A DNA stretch of 64,000 nt from assembly GCA_902786465.1 (NCBI GenBank), contig CADACQ010000009.1, forward strand, positions 3,339 through 67,338, in the 5' to 3' direction. Position 1 is the stretch's first letter. Each line of letters opens with the position of its first letter. Below the pieces are notes generated by a model. The model saw nothing but the letters and a program-made list of their open reading frames with translations, was not told the origin of the DNA and searched no databases. Below are positions 55,535-64,000 of this stretch, piece by piece. The position numbers and the translations under genes were made by a program. The DNA comes from an uncultured Eubacteriales bacterium. Lineage in GTDB: Bacteria > Bacillota > Clostridia > Christensenellales > CAG-138.

Positions 55535-56652
55535 TATTCCTCTCTCACCCTCTCGGGAAAGTATTGATAAAACGTGCACGGCAGGCCCCCGTTGCTGAGC
55601 TTTCTCCGCTTATCAGCCCTTTTTCCATACACCTTCTCGAAGTTGTCCATGCCGGAGATGATGCCGATGTTCCAGCCGGGGAGGCCGTCGAAGATGCGGC
55701 GCATGTCCCGATAGAGGTCCGCCGCCTCCTTGCTCGTGAGCATCCGCTCCCCGTAGGGCGGGTTGCAGAGCAGGAGTCCCTTCTCATAGTCCGTCCTCAG
55801 CTTCTGGACCGGCCGCACCTCCCAATGGACCTCCACCCCCGCCTTCTCGGCGTGGCGGCGGGCCACGGCCACGGACCGCTCGTCGATGTCGTAGCCGAAG
55901 ATGGGGAGCCTGTCGTGGCGCTCCTCGTCCCGGGCCTGCTCCCGGGCCTTCGGGAAGACGCGGGCGTCCAGGAAGGGCCAGTCCTCCGCGGCGAAGCGCC
56001 GGTTCAGGGAGGGGGCCTTGTTATTGCCGATCATGGCCGCCTCGATGGGCATGGTGCCGCTGCCGCACATGGGGTCCATAAAGGGCGTGTCCGGCCAATA
56101 GCGGCTAAGTAAAATGAGGCCAGCGCCTAACGTCTCGCTCAGCGGCGCAGCCACGTTGTAGGTCCGATACCCCCGGCGAGAGAGGCCCGCCCCACAGCAG
56201 TCCAATGCCACGGTGACCTTGTCCCGCAGGAGCCCCACTTCCACGATGACCTCCGCCCCGTCCTCCGGGACGCGGTCCGTGCGATAGGCGGCCTTCAGGT
56301 TCTCCACGATGGCCTTCTTGGTGATGCTCTGGCAGTCGGACACGGAGAACAGGGTGCTCTTGGCACTCTTGCCGTTCACGTGGATGCGGCTGTGGGGCGT
56401 CAGATAGGGCTTCCAGTCCAGGGCCTTCACGCCCTCGAACAGGGCTTCGAAGGTGGTGGCTTCGAAGGAGCCCACCTCCAACAGCAGCCGTTCCGCCGTG
56501 CGCAGGTACAGGAGGGCCCGGGCCATGTCCTCATAGGAGCCGGTGAAGCTCACGTTGGCGTCCGCGTTCTGCACGTCGGACATGTCCATCTTTTTGAGCT
56601 GGAAGGCGGTGACCGACTCCAACCCCAGCTTGGTGGTGGCGATGAATCTCAT
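55534..56652 (-). CDS. THUMP-domain class I SAM-dependent RNA methyltransferase
   Basis: The ATG at 56652 (MRFIATTKLGLE) overlaps the upstream stop. Motifs DPMCGSGT and NPPYGERM. Confidence 0.88.
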   Translation of the reverse strand: MRFIATTKLGLESVTAFQLKKMDMSDVQNADANVSFTGSYEDMARALLYLRTAERLLLEVGSFEATTFEALFEGVKALDWKPYLTPHSRIHVNGKSAKSTLFSVSDCQSITKKAIVENLKAAYRTDRVPEDGAEVIVEVGLLRDKVTVALDCCGAGLSRRGYRTYNVAAPLSETLGAGLILLSRYWPDTPFMDPMCGSGTMPIEAAMIGNNKAPSLNRRFAAEDWPFLDARVFPKAREQARDEERHDRLPIFGYDIDERSVAVARRHAEKAGVEVHWEVRPVQKLRTDYEKGLLLCNPPYGERMLTSKEAADLYRDMRRIFDGLPGWNIGIISGMDNFEKVYGKRADKRRKLSNGGLPCTFYQYFPERVREE

Positions 56653-58361
56653 TCCCGGCTCCCCTCCTCCAGTGTGGTAAAGATCATCTTCAGGGCGTTG
56701 TTCAGCCGCCGCGCGGTGATGTCGAAGGCCTCGCACAGGGCTTCCTCGCTGATCTGCTGCTCCAGGAAATGGACCGCCATGCACACGAAGGCGGCGGTGA
56801 AGGCGTCCTCCTGGGTGGGCGAGATGCGGCGGTACTTGCCCTTCTGGGCCAGGACGAAGTAATAGAAGGCCCGCTGGGCGAACTCCGCCGTCTTCTCCGG
56901 GCAGTCGATCTCCTCGGCGCAGCGGGCAAGCCGCTGGAATATCTTCATGTAGGGCTTGGGCAGGTCCGCGGGGAGCGTGGCGTGGATGACCTCCCCGAAC
57001 TGCCAGAGGCCGTTGTAGAACATGGCGTGAGGCTCCGCCCCGTCGAAGGTGTGCAGGGCACCGAAGGCGATCTGCTTGTCCTCGTCAGACTGGTCGGCCC
57101 GCAAGAGGAACGCGCGCAGCAGCCGCTCCGCCTCCCTGTCCCCCGCCACCACCAGGATGGTGATGATGCCGTGCTTGTCCGGGGCCAGGGGCGAAACGAG
57201 GGCCCAGCCCACCAGATCCCGAAACTCCCCGTCCTCCGCCCAGCGTTTGGCCAGGTATTCGGGGCCCTTCGCGAAGGTCTCCCCCATCCGCCGCAGCCGT
57301 TCGGCGGCGATCCGATAGGGCACGTCGTACTGGATGGTCCAGCCCTTGCCGCCCCTTTTGGGGTCCGGCTCCGCCTGAACGGCGTCGAGATACCAAGCGG
57401 CCACGGTGTCGTGGGGGTCCATCTCCACGATCCGCCGATACAGGTCCGCGGCCTCCCTGGCCTTGCCCAGCATATACTTCGTATACCCCAGCTCGTGGAG
57501 GGTCAACGGATCGTAGGGGATGATCTTATAGAGGGTCTCCCCGCACTCCTCCGCCCGCACGTAGTCCTCCAGCTCCAGGAGCATCACGTTCAGGTTCCCC
57601 AGCTCCTCGGTGGTGCCGTCCACCGGGATGGGAATGGAGTTCAATATCTCCCGGGCCTCCCGCTTCTTGCCCTCGCCCCGCTTCAGCAGGGCCAGCAGGC
57701 ACTTGGCCCGGACGTAGTGGCTGTCCTCCTTGAGGATGTTGAAGAGCCGCTGCTCGCAAGCCTCGTACTCCTCCAAACAGTATTCCGACAGGGCGATCTC
57801 CATCTGGAGCCACAGGGACTTGGGGTATCGCTCCTCCAGGTCCAGGAGATGCCGCAGCGCCTCCCGGTCCCGGCCGGACACGTGAAGGGTCTTGGCGTAG
57901 TGGATGTGGGCGATCAAATCCAGGTCCTCCCCTTCATCGAGGCCCAGCTGCCAGTTCATCTCCGGGGTATCTTCCATCATATCGAGATAATCCGCGGCGT
58001 CGGCGGCGTAGGCCCCCTCCGGGTCCGCCTTGAGGTAGTACTCGAGGCACATGCGGGCGGGGCCGAACTCCTCCATGGCGATGAAGTTGCTGGCCATGCC
58101 GAAGAGCCCGTCTGGGGGCAGGGCTTCCAGCCGCCCCAGGCCCATGAGCACGGCGATGCTCTCCTCGAACCGCTGCATCCGGTTCATGATCTCCGCGAGG
58201 GCGATGGTGATCTCCGGGTTGTCCGGGTCCTTCTCGTGGGCCAGGCGCAGATGGGACAGGGCGCGGATCAGGTTCCCCGCCTCCGCCTGACGGCGGCCGG
58301 TGCGCAAATAGAACCCCGCCCCCTGGTCGAAGGACAGTATGTTGTCCCGATCCTGCTTCAC
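56649..58361 (-). CDS. Tetratricopeptide (TPR) repeat protein
   Basis: The GTG at 58361 overlaps the hslO stop (GTGA). 570 aa with repeated TPR-like helices in the N-terminal half. Confidence 0.75.
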   Translation of the reverse strand: MKQDRDNILSFDQGAGFYLRTGRRQAEAGNLIRALSHLRLAHEKDPDNPEITIALAEIMNRMQRFEESIAVLMGLGRLEALPPDGLFGMASNFIAMEEFGPARMCLEYYLKADPEGAYAADAADYLDMMEDTPEMNWQLGLDEGEDLDLIAHIHYAKTLHVSGRDREALRHLLDLEERYPKSLWLQMEIALSEYCLEEYEACEQRLFNILKEDSHYVRAKCLLALLKRGEGKKREAREILNSIPIPVDGTTEELGNLNVMLLELEDYVRAEECGETLYKIIPYDPLTLHELGYTKYMLGKAREAADLYRRIVEMDPHDTVAAWYLDAVQAEPDPKRGGKGWTIQYDVPYRIAAERLRRMGETFAKGPEYLAKRWAEDGEFRDLVGWALVSPLAPDKHGIITILVVAGDREAERLLRAFLLRADQSDEDKQIAFGALHTFDGAEPHAMFYNGLWQFGEVIHATLPADLPKPYMKIFQRLARCAEEIDCPEKTAEFAQRAFYYFVLAQKGKYRRISPTQEDAFTAAFVCMAVHFLEQQISEEALCEAFDITARRLNNALKMIFTTLEEGSRE

Positions 58362-59254
58362 GCCTGGGCTCCTTCCCGGAGGATGGCTAAAAGCTCCGCT
58401 TTGGTGAAGGTATACCTGCTGTTGCAGAAGTGACAGCTGAGCTCCGCCTGGCCGTCCTCCTCGATGATCTCGGAAAGCTCCTCCCGGCCAAGGCTCATGA
58501 GGGCCCGCTCCATGCGCTCCCGGCTGCAATCGCACCGGTAGGCGGGATGAAGCTCCTCCGTAAAGGACACGTCCCCCTCCGGGAACAGGGAGAGGACGAT
58601 ATCCCGCAGGTCTTCGCCTTCGGACAGGCGCTCTGTGAGATGGGGGATGGCCTCGGCCTTAGTCATGACGTAGTCCACGTGCTCGGCGGGACAGTCGGGC
58701 AGGGGCTGGATGAGCAGGCCGCCGGCGCCCAGGACCTGGCCTGAGAGGGGCTCCAGCCGGACGCCCAGGTACACCAAACTGGGCTGCTGCTCGGAGGCGG
58801 TGAAATACTCTGCAAAATCCTCCGCCACCTCGCCGGAAACGAGGTGGCACATGCCCACGTAGGGCTCCTTTAAGGACAGATCCCGGACCACGGTGAGCTT
58901 GCCGTTTTGGCCCACGTAGCCGCCCACGTCCAGCTTGCCGTTTCCCTTGGGAGGCAACTCATAGGCTGGGTCCCCGGCGCAGCCCTTCACGAAGGGGCCC
59001 TTGCGGCCCACGCAAACGAGATTGCCCCCGGGGCCGCCTCCGGAAAGGATGGCAGAGACGGAGTCGGTGTCGTTCTTCAGCTGCCCGGCCATCATGGCCA
59101 CCATAAGGAGCTCCCGGCCCAACGCGGCGGTGGCCGTGCGGCTGAGAGCATGGATGCACTGGGCCTCCGTCACCAGTTCTCGACCGGTGATGGCGGCGAA
59201 GCGGATGGTATCGTGTTTCAAGAGTCCCTGCAGGATCGTATCGTTCATGTTCAT
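58358..59254 (-). CDS. hslO: Redox-regulated chaperone Hsp33
   Basis: C-terminal zinc centre CDCSRERM ... CHFCNSRY. Confidence 0.93.
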   Translation of the reverse strand: MNMNDTILQGLLKHDTIRFAAITGRELVTEAQCIHALSRTATAALGRELLMVAMMAGQLKNDTDSVSAILSGGGPGGNLVCVGRKGPFVKGCAGDPAYELPPKGNGKLDVGGYVGQNGKLTVVRDLSLKEPYVGMCHLVSGEVAEDFAEYFTASEQQPSLVYLGVRLEPLSGQVLGAGGLLIQPLPDCPAEHVDYVMTKAEAIPHLTERLSEGEDLRDIVLSLFPEGDVSFTEELHPAYRCDCSRERMERALMSLGREELSEIIEEDGQAELSCHFCNSRYTFTKAELLAILREGAQA

Positions 59255-59988
59255 TCCTTTCGCGCGGTGAATTGAAGCCGTTCCGCCTTATCCGTCGGCG
59301 GGTTCCTGGTGAAGGCTTCGTACACCCGTATGTCATGGAAGCCGCTGCTTACAAGGGCGGCCCTCAGTTCTTCCTCGGTATAGGCCCGCTGGCTGTGGTG
59401 CTCCTCGAAGCGGGCGTAGCTCTGCCCCTGCTTCAGAAAGCCGGTGAGGAGCATGTCCACCCTGCCGAGGCGGGGATGGTAGGCGTTCTCCCAGATGTAG
59501 GCCCAATCCGGGCCAGTGGCGGCGAAGGTGTTGTCGCCCAGGACGGTGGACAGCTTATAGGCGGAGGACACATCGAAGAGGAGCAGACCGCCGGGCTTCA
59601 GGGCCTTCCAGGCGGATTGAAAGAAGTCCTCGACCCCGTCCATAAGATAGTTCACCCCGTCGCAGGCCGCGACCACCGCGTCCACGGGCTTGTGGAGGGC
59701 GATGCGCCGCATGTCCTGGCAGACGAAGGGTAAAAAACGCAGCCCTGCGTCGAGAGCCTTCTGCCGGGCCCCCATGAGCATGTCCTCGGACAGGTCCGCC
59801 CCGGTCATGGCATAGCCCTTGCGGGCCAGGCGCACCGTCAAACTCCCGGTGCCGCAGGCGCATTCGAGGACGCTTTTCGCCCCCGCCTCCCTCAGAAAGC
59901 CGTCGATATAGTTGGCCCAGCCGTCGTAGTCCACGTCCGCCATCATGCGGTCGTAGCCCGCGGCAAAGGCGCTGTACGCTTCGTTCAT
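59251..59988 (-). CDS. Class I SAM-dependent methyltransferase
   Basis: VLECACGTG motif I. 245 aa. Confidence 0.85.
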   Translation of the reverse strand: MNEAYSAFAAGYDRMMADVDYDGWANYIDGFLREAGAKSVLECACGTGSLTVRLARKGYAMTGADLSEDMLMGARQKALDAGLRFLPFVCQDMRRIALHKPVDAVVAACDGVNYLMDGVEDFFQSAWKALKPGGLLLFDVSSAYKLSTVLGDNTFAATGPDWAYIWENAYHPRLGRVDMLLTGFLKQGQSYARFEEHHSQRAYTEEELRAALVSSGFHDIRVYEAFTRNPPTDKAERLQFTARKE

Positions 59989-60920
59989 ATCAACCCATTC
60001 TCCAGGTCCTGAGCATACTCGATCAGCCGGGTGAGCCGATGATTCATGCCCGATTTCTTGATATCCGCCATGTCGGCCAGCTCCTGCAAGCTGGCGTCCG
60101 GGTAGTTGAGCCGAAGCTCCGCCGCCTCCTTCAGGGCCTTGGGCAGCCGCTGGAAGTGGCCGTGGTTCAGGATGGTGTTCACCGCCTGCTGCTGCTTGAC
60201 GGAGGCGGCCACCAGCTTGTCCAGGTTGGCATACTCGCAGTTGGTGGTCCGGTTCACGTAGTTCCTGGTCTCCTTCTCCGCCCGCACGTTTTCAAGATCC
60301 AACGCGGCGATGTTGGAGCCGATGAGGGCCAGAAAGCCGGTGACGCTGTCCCCCTCCTTCAGGTACACCACGTACCGGTTCCGCCGGAGGGCGTATCGGG
60401 CGTTGAGCCCGTACCCGTTCAGCAGGTCGCACAGGCCCCCGGCGAAGCTCTCCGCCCGGCAAAGGATCTCCACGCTGTACTCCCCCTGGGGATCGGAGCA
60501 GCTGCCCGCCCCCAGGAAGCACCCCCGCACGAAGGCGCGCCGAGCCTCGTCCTCCCGGACCAGGTCCTCCGGCAGCCGGGACAGCAGGTGGACGCCCTCC
60601 TCGTCCGAGACCATGACGCCCGTGGCGGACAGCATCTCCCCCGCCTTCGGGCCGCTCATGTTCACCACGTAAAGGGGGGCCTTCCGATGCTCCCGCACCC
60701 GCTCCTCCATCTCCACGTCCAGCTCGTAGAGGGACGTGCCCAGGGCGGCGATATGCCGGCCCACCTCCCGGTTCTCCGTGCGGTAGCTGATGGCCTTGCG
60801 GCGGCCCAGCTTCAAATTCCCGCAAGCAAAGGTGAGACCGGCCAATTCGGCCAGCTTCACGCCTGAATCCCGTACCCGGATGCGGACCACCTCGTCCTTG
60901 ATGTTCGAAGCAAAGCTCAT
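59985..60920 (-). CDS. whiA: DNA-binding protein WhiA
   Basis: 311 aa with degenerate LAGLIDADG-like repeats (FLRGAF-type FVRGCFLGAGS) and a C-terminal HTH. Confidence 0.93.
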   Translation of the reverse strand: MSFASNIKDEVVRIRVRDSGVKLAELAGLTFACGNLKLGRRKAISYRTENREVGRHIAALGTSLYELDVEMEERVREHRKAPLYVVNMSGPKAGEMLSATGVMVSDEEGVHLLSRLPEDLVREDEARRAFVRGCFLGAGSCSDPQGEYSVEILCRAESFAGGLCDLLNGYGLNARYALRRNRYVVYLKEGDSVTGFLALIGSNIAALDLENVRAEKETRNYVNRTTNCEYANLDKLVAASVKQQQAVNTILNHGHFQRLPKALKEAAELRLNYPDASLQELADMADIKKSGMNHRLTRLIEYAQDLENGLI

Positions 60921-60921
60921 C

Positions 60922-61806
60922 TTAGTGCATCATCCTGCTTTCGATGTCCGCCGCCTCCACGGACAGGTCCCTATGGTATACCCGGGCGGGGATGCCCTTC
61001 TCCCGGAGGCGATGGGCCACCGTTTCCGCGGCGTAGACGGACCGATGGCGGCCGCCTGTGCAGCCGAAGCACAGTCGCAGCAGGTTCTTCCCCTGCTGCT
61101 CGTAGCAGGGCAGGGTCTTTTCCACCAGGTCCACGGTCCAGTTCAGCACGTCCTCCATGAGGGGCATGTCCTTCAAAAAGTCGATGACCGGCTGATCGAG
61201 GCCGGAAAGCCTGCGGAGTTCCGGCACATAGTAGGGGTTCTCCGCAAAGCGCATGTCCAGCACCATGTCCGCGTCCACGGGCACACCCCGCTTGTAGCCG
61301 AAGCTGCAGATGACCAGGCTCACGTGGGGGGTGCTGATCTCCGGCAGCATCTTCTTCATCATCTTGGGGAAGTTGCGGGCCGCCACGTCGGAGGTGTCCA
61401 CCACGTAGTCCGCATGGGCCAGCATGTTCCCCAAATATGCCCGCTCCAGGCGCACCCCGGAGGCGGCATCGCCGCCCTCGCCCAGGGGGTGCCGGCGGCG
61501 GGTCTCGTTGTACCGCTCCAAAAGCACCTCGTCCCGGGCGTCCAGGAACAATATCTCATATCGGCAGGACAGGGCCCGCAGCACGTCCAAGGCGTCCTCC
61601 GGCTTGGCGGACAGGAGGCTCTCCCGGCTATCCACCGCCACCGCCGCCCGTTCAATGGGCACGTCCGCCTTGTCGCACATCTCCACGAAGGCCGGCAGCA
61701 TGGGGGACGGCAGGTTGTCCACGCAGTAGTAGCCCATCTCCTCCAGGGCGTTGAGAGCGGTGCTCTTGCCCGCGCCGCTCATGCCTGTGACGATCAAAAG
61801 ATACAT
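60922..61806 (-). CDS. rapZ: RNase adapter protein RapZ (YvcJ)
   Basis: Walker A GMSGAGKSTAL and C-terminal GCTGGRHRSV. Confidence 0.95.
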   Translation of the reverse strand: MYLLIVTGMSGAGKSTALNALEEMGYYCVDNLPSPMLPAFVEMCDKADVPIERAAVAVDSRESLLSAKPEDALDVLRALSCRYEILFLDARDEVLLERYNETRRRHPLGEGGDAASGVRLERAYLGNMLAHADYVVDTSDVAARNFPKMMKKMLPEISTPHVSLVICSFGYKRGVPVDADMVLDMRFAENPYYVPELRRLSGLDQPVIDFLKDMPLMEDVLNWTVDLVEKTLPCYEQQGKNLLRLCFGCTGGRHRSVYAAETVAHRLREKGIPARVYHRDLSVEAADIESRMMH

Positions 61807-62708
61807 AGCAGATCCTCCAGTCGTTTCACCTCGGGTTCCAATGTGACGCCAGTCTCACGATATACCACGTCCTGCACGTGCCGGATCAACGCCTGTATGT
61901 CCCCCGCCGTGGCCCCACCCCGGTTCACGATGAACCCGGCGTGGAGCTCGGAGACCTGGGCCCCGCCCACGGTGCAGCCCTTGAGATGGCAGCCCTCGAT
62001 GAGGGCTCCTGCGAAGTGGCCCTCCGGCCGCTTGAAGGTGCTGCCCGCCGAAGGCAGGGACAGGGGCTGCTTCTCCCGGCGGCGCCGCATGCAGTCAGCC
62101 ATGGTGTCCGCCGCCGTGCCGTCGTCCGGGGCGAGCTGCAGCTCCACCGCGGTCACGACGGTCTTCGGCCAGGTATAGGGGCTTTTGCGATAGCCCATCT
62201 CACCGAGGCGGGCGTCCTCCCAGACGAAGCCGCCCTCCCGGTAGCAGCGGACCCGTTTTAGCACGTTCTTGATCTCTCCGCCGTAGGCCCCGGCGTTCAT
62301 GGCCACGGCCCCGCCCACGGTGCCGGGGATGCCGCACAATCGCTCGAGGCCCATGAGCCCCCGCTGCACGCTCTCCTTGGCGAGAGCGGTCAGGGAGCAA
62401 CCCGCACCCACCGTGACCTTCTCTCCCTCGAAAATGGGGGCAGAGCCGTCGCCGGAGAGCTGTAGGATCAGGCCGGAGAAACCCTCATCGGAGGGCAGCA
62501 CGTTGGTGCCGTTGCCCAGCAAGATGACGGGGATCTGCTCCGCCCGGCACAGGTCCAGGGCGCGGCCCAGCAGCCCCTCCTCCTTGGGCTGCAGCACAAA
62601 GGCGGCGGGGCCGCCCACCCGGAAGCTGACCAGTTCCGACAGGGGCACGTTCTCTTTTGCGCCCAGGTCGATCAGCGCCCGGGCTATATTATCCTTAGGA
62701 TATACCAT
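61794..62708 (-). CDS. murB: UDP-N-acetylenolpyruvoylglucosamine reductase
   Basis: 304 aa with an FAD-binding domain (LGNGTNVL) and a C-terminal GSTFKRP motif. Confidence 0.95.
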   Translation of the reverse strand: MVYPKDNIARALIDLGAKENVPLSELVSFRVGGPAAFVLQPKEEGLLGRALDLCRAEQIPVILLGNGTNVLPSDEGFSGLILQLSGDGSAPIFEGEKVTVGAGCSLTALAKESVQRGLMGLERLCGIPGTVGGAVAMNAGAYGGEIKNVLKRVRCYREGGFVWEDARLGEMGYRKSPYTWPKTVVTAVELQLAPDDGTAADTMADCMRRRREKQPLSLPSAGSTFKRPEGHFAGALIEGCHLKGCTVGGAQVSELHAGFIVNRGGATAGDIQALIRHVQDVVYRETGVTLEPEVKRLEDLLCIF

Positions 62709-62726
62709 GGTATCAGTATAGCAAGT

Positions 62727-63650
62727 TCAGGGCTCAATTACAATGGCAAGCCGCTGAAAAAAGTTGATTTTTGCCCCTTCGTCCCCGGCGAGGGCCGCCG
62801 CAGCCTCCTCCCGAAGCTTCGTCCGGTGGGTGTGGTAGGCGAAGGGGTCCGGGACGATCACCCGTTTATAGGCCCGGTCGAGATCGAGGAGCAGGCTGTT
62901 GCCGTAGGGGCAGGGAGCGTCCGTGCGGACGGAGAAAGCCCCCAGGGACGGAAGGAGCCGCTGGGTGGGCTCTGACAGCAAGAAGGCGTAGAAGGCCAGG
63001 CAGACTCTGGCCTTATCCTCGTCCGTGTTCCGGTCGACGCCCAGATAGCAGACCTGGTCCGTGAAGGCCCCGGCTACGGCGGCGTCCGCCCCCATCTCCC
63101 CCTCCCGCTGGATATCGCCCCAGGCCCTCAGGTCCAGGACCGTGCCCGTCGCCCCGTTAGCGAGGGCCGCCACGGGGTCCGTCTCCCCCACGGTGGTCTT
63201 CACGTACCCGGAAAAGCACCAGGGGGCGGCATAGGGCGTGAGGGCGAGGCCCGGCCGCAGGTCCGTTTCCGGGTCATAGTCCAACTCCTGCAGCAGCTCC
63301 TCGTAGAGGGCCCCGGAGAAGAAGGAGTACATGTCCGCCCGGCGGCCGTAGGCCATGCGCTCCCAGAAATCCGCTTCCCCCATGCCCTCCACCGTGATCC
63401 GCACGCCGAAGTGACGCTTGTTGAAGGCCTCCGCCCGCTCCGTCAGAAAGGCGGTCACGCTGCCCTGGTAGGTCTTGCAGGTGACGATGTGGTAGAGGGT
63501 GAGGGTCCCCACGTAGTCCGGCGGCTGGAGCTGGCGGCTCTTCACATAGAAGCTCTCCCCCGTCCCCGCCCCCACCCGGGGCCCGGCGTACAGGAGGAAC
63601 AGCAGGATCAGCAGGGCGGTCGCGGCCCGAAAAACCAGTCTTTTTCTCAT
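62727..63650 (-). CDS. Secreted or membrane-anchored protein of unknown function
   Basis: 307 aa with an N-terminal signal/anchor (ATALLILLFLLYAGP). I see no recognisable catalytic motif. Confidence 0.6.
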   Translation of the reverse strand: MRKRLVFRAATALLILLFLLYAGPRVGAGTGESFYVKSRQLQPPDYVGTLTLYHIVTCKTYQGSVTAFLTERAEAFNKRHFGVRITVEGMGEADFWERMAYGRRADMYSFFSGALYEELLQELDYDPETDLRPGLALTPYAAPWCFSGYVKTTVGETDPVAALANGATGTVLDLRAWGDIQREGEMGADAAVAGAFTDQVCYLGVDRNTDEDKARVCLAFYAFLLSEPTQRLLPSLGAFSVRTDAPCPYGNSLLLDLDRAYKRVIVPDPFAYHTHRTKLREEAAAALAGDEGAKINFFQRLAIVIEP

Positions 63651-63660
63651 GATTCAGGGT

Positions 63661-63691
63661 ATGCCCGAAAGGTAGACCCAATGCCCGAAAG
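63661..63691. repeat. Two 11-bp direct repeats (ATGCCCGAAAG), 20 bp start-to-start, in the divergent intergenic region before spoIIAA
   Basis: Read directly at 63661..63671 and 63681..63691. Confidence 0.9.
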
Positions 63692-63769
63692 CTCGTCCTT
63701 TTTCGAGGCAGGACGCGGCGGCTCCCCCGCCGTATTTACTCTGGACAGCCTACGAAAAGGAGATCGCCT

Positions 63770-64000
63770 ATGGAAATAAACGCAAGCAAGCGCGGCCCCC
63801 GGCTCCATGTGAAGCTGAGCGGGGAGCTGGATCACCACAGCGCGGAGCAGACGCGGAACATGCTGGACACTCTCTTGAAGGACATTACCGTCCGGGACCT
63901 GACGCTGGACCTCTCGGGCGTCAGCTTCATGGACAGCGCTGGCCTCGGGGTGATCCTGGGCCGCTACCGCATCTTGAGCATGCGGGGCGGGCACCTCACC
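63770..64000 (+). CDS. spoIIAA: Anti-sigma-F factor antagonist SpoIIAA (STAS domain), truncated by the window end
   Basis: The ATG at 63770 follows AAAAGGAG. Manual translation: MEINASKRGPRLHVKLSGELDHHSAEQ ... LDLSGVSFMDSAGLGVILGRYR. Confidence 0.88.
   Translation, partial: MEINASKRGPRLHVKLSGELDHHSAEQTRNMLDTLLKDITVRDLTLDLSGVSFMDSAGLGVILGRYRILSMRGGHLT

Overview
GC-rich chromosomal segment from a spore-forming Firmicute. The class call (Clostridia) is an inference from the spoIIIA and spoIIA genes, the CIRCE/hrcA system and the gene order. Most of the window is core housekeeping, largely on the minus strand. It contains: (1) a cobalamin-riboswitch-controlled corrinoid uptake and nucleotide-loop operon (BtuFCD-like transporter, cobT, cobU, cobS, a short cobU-like gene, cobC, a TIM-barrel gene); (2) lepA-hemW; (3) CIRCE-regulated hrcA-grpE-dnaK-dnaJ; (4) rsmD-coaD; (5) an 8-gene tRNA array; (6) rimI-tsaB-tsaE-tgt-queA; (7) recN-argR-nadK-tlyA-dxs-ispA-xseBA-(TsaD-like)-nusB; (8) an Asp23/AmaP/DUF2273 cluster; (9) a complete spoIIIAA-AH operon; (10) a U32 peptidase gene; (11) a THUMP methyltransferase, a TPR protein, hslO, whiA, rapZ and murB; (12) the start of spoIIAA. 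The only accessory-looking block is 46.9-53 kb on the plus strand: a CAT/E2-fold acyltransferase-like gene, a membrane protein and three tandem paralogous lipoproteins. The most notable observation is an unannotated structured element of about 100 nt, present in three copies: two in tandem after tRNA-Ser(GGA) and one after tRNA-Lys(CTT). It has a conserved double-hairpin core with compensatory base changes. Its arms rebuild the 3' end of whichever tRNA it follows. Two conserved genes carry frame-disrupting lesions: a 10-bp tandem duplication in cobU and an internal deletion in hemW. Many long ORFs in the supplied track are antisense or out-of-frame artefacts of the high GC content and were not called.
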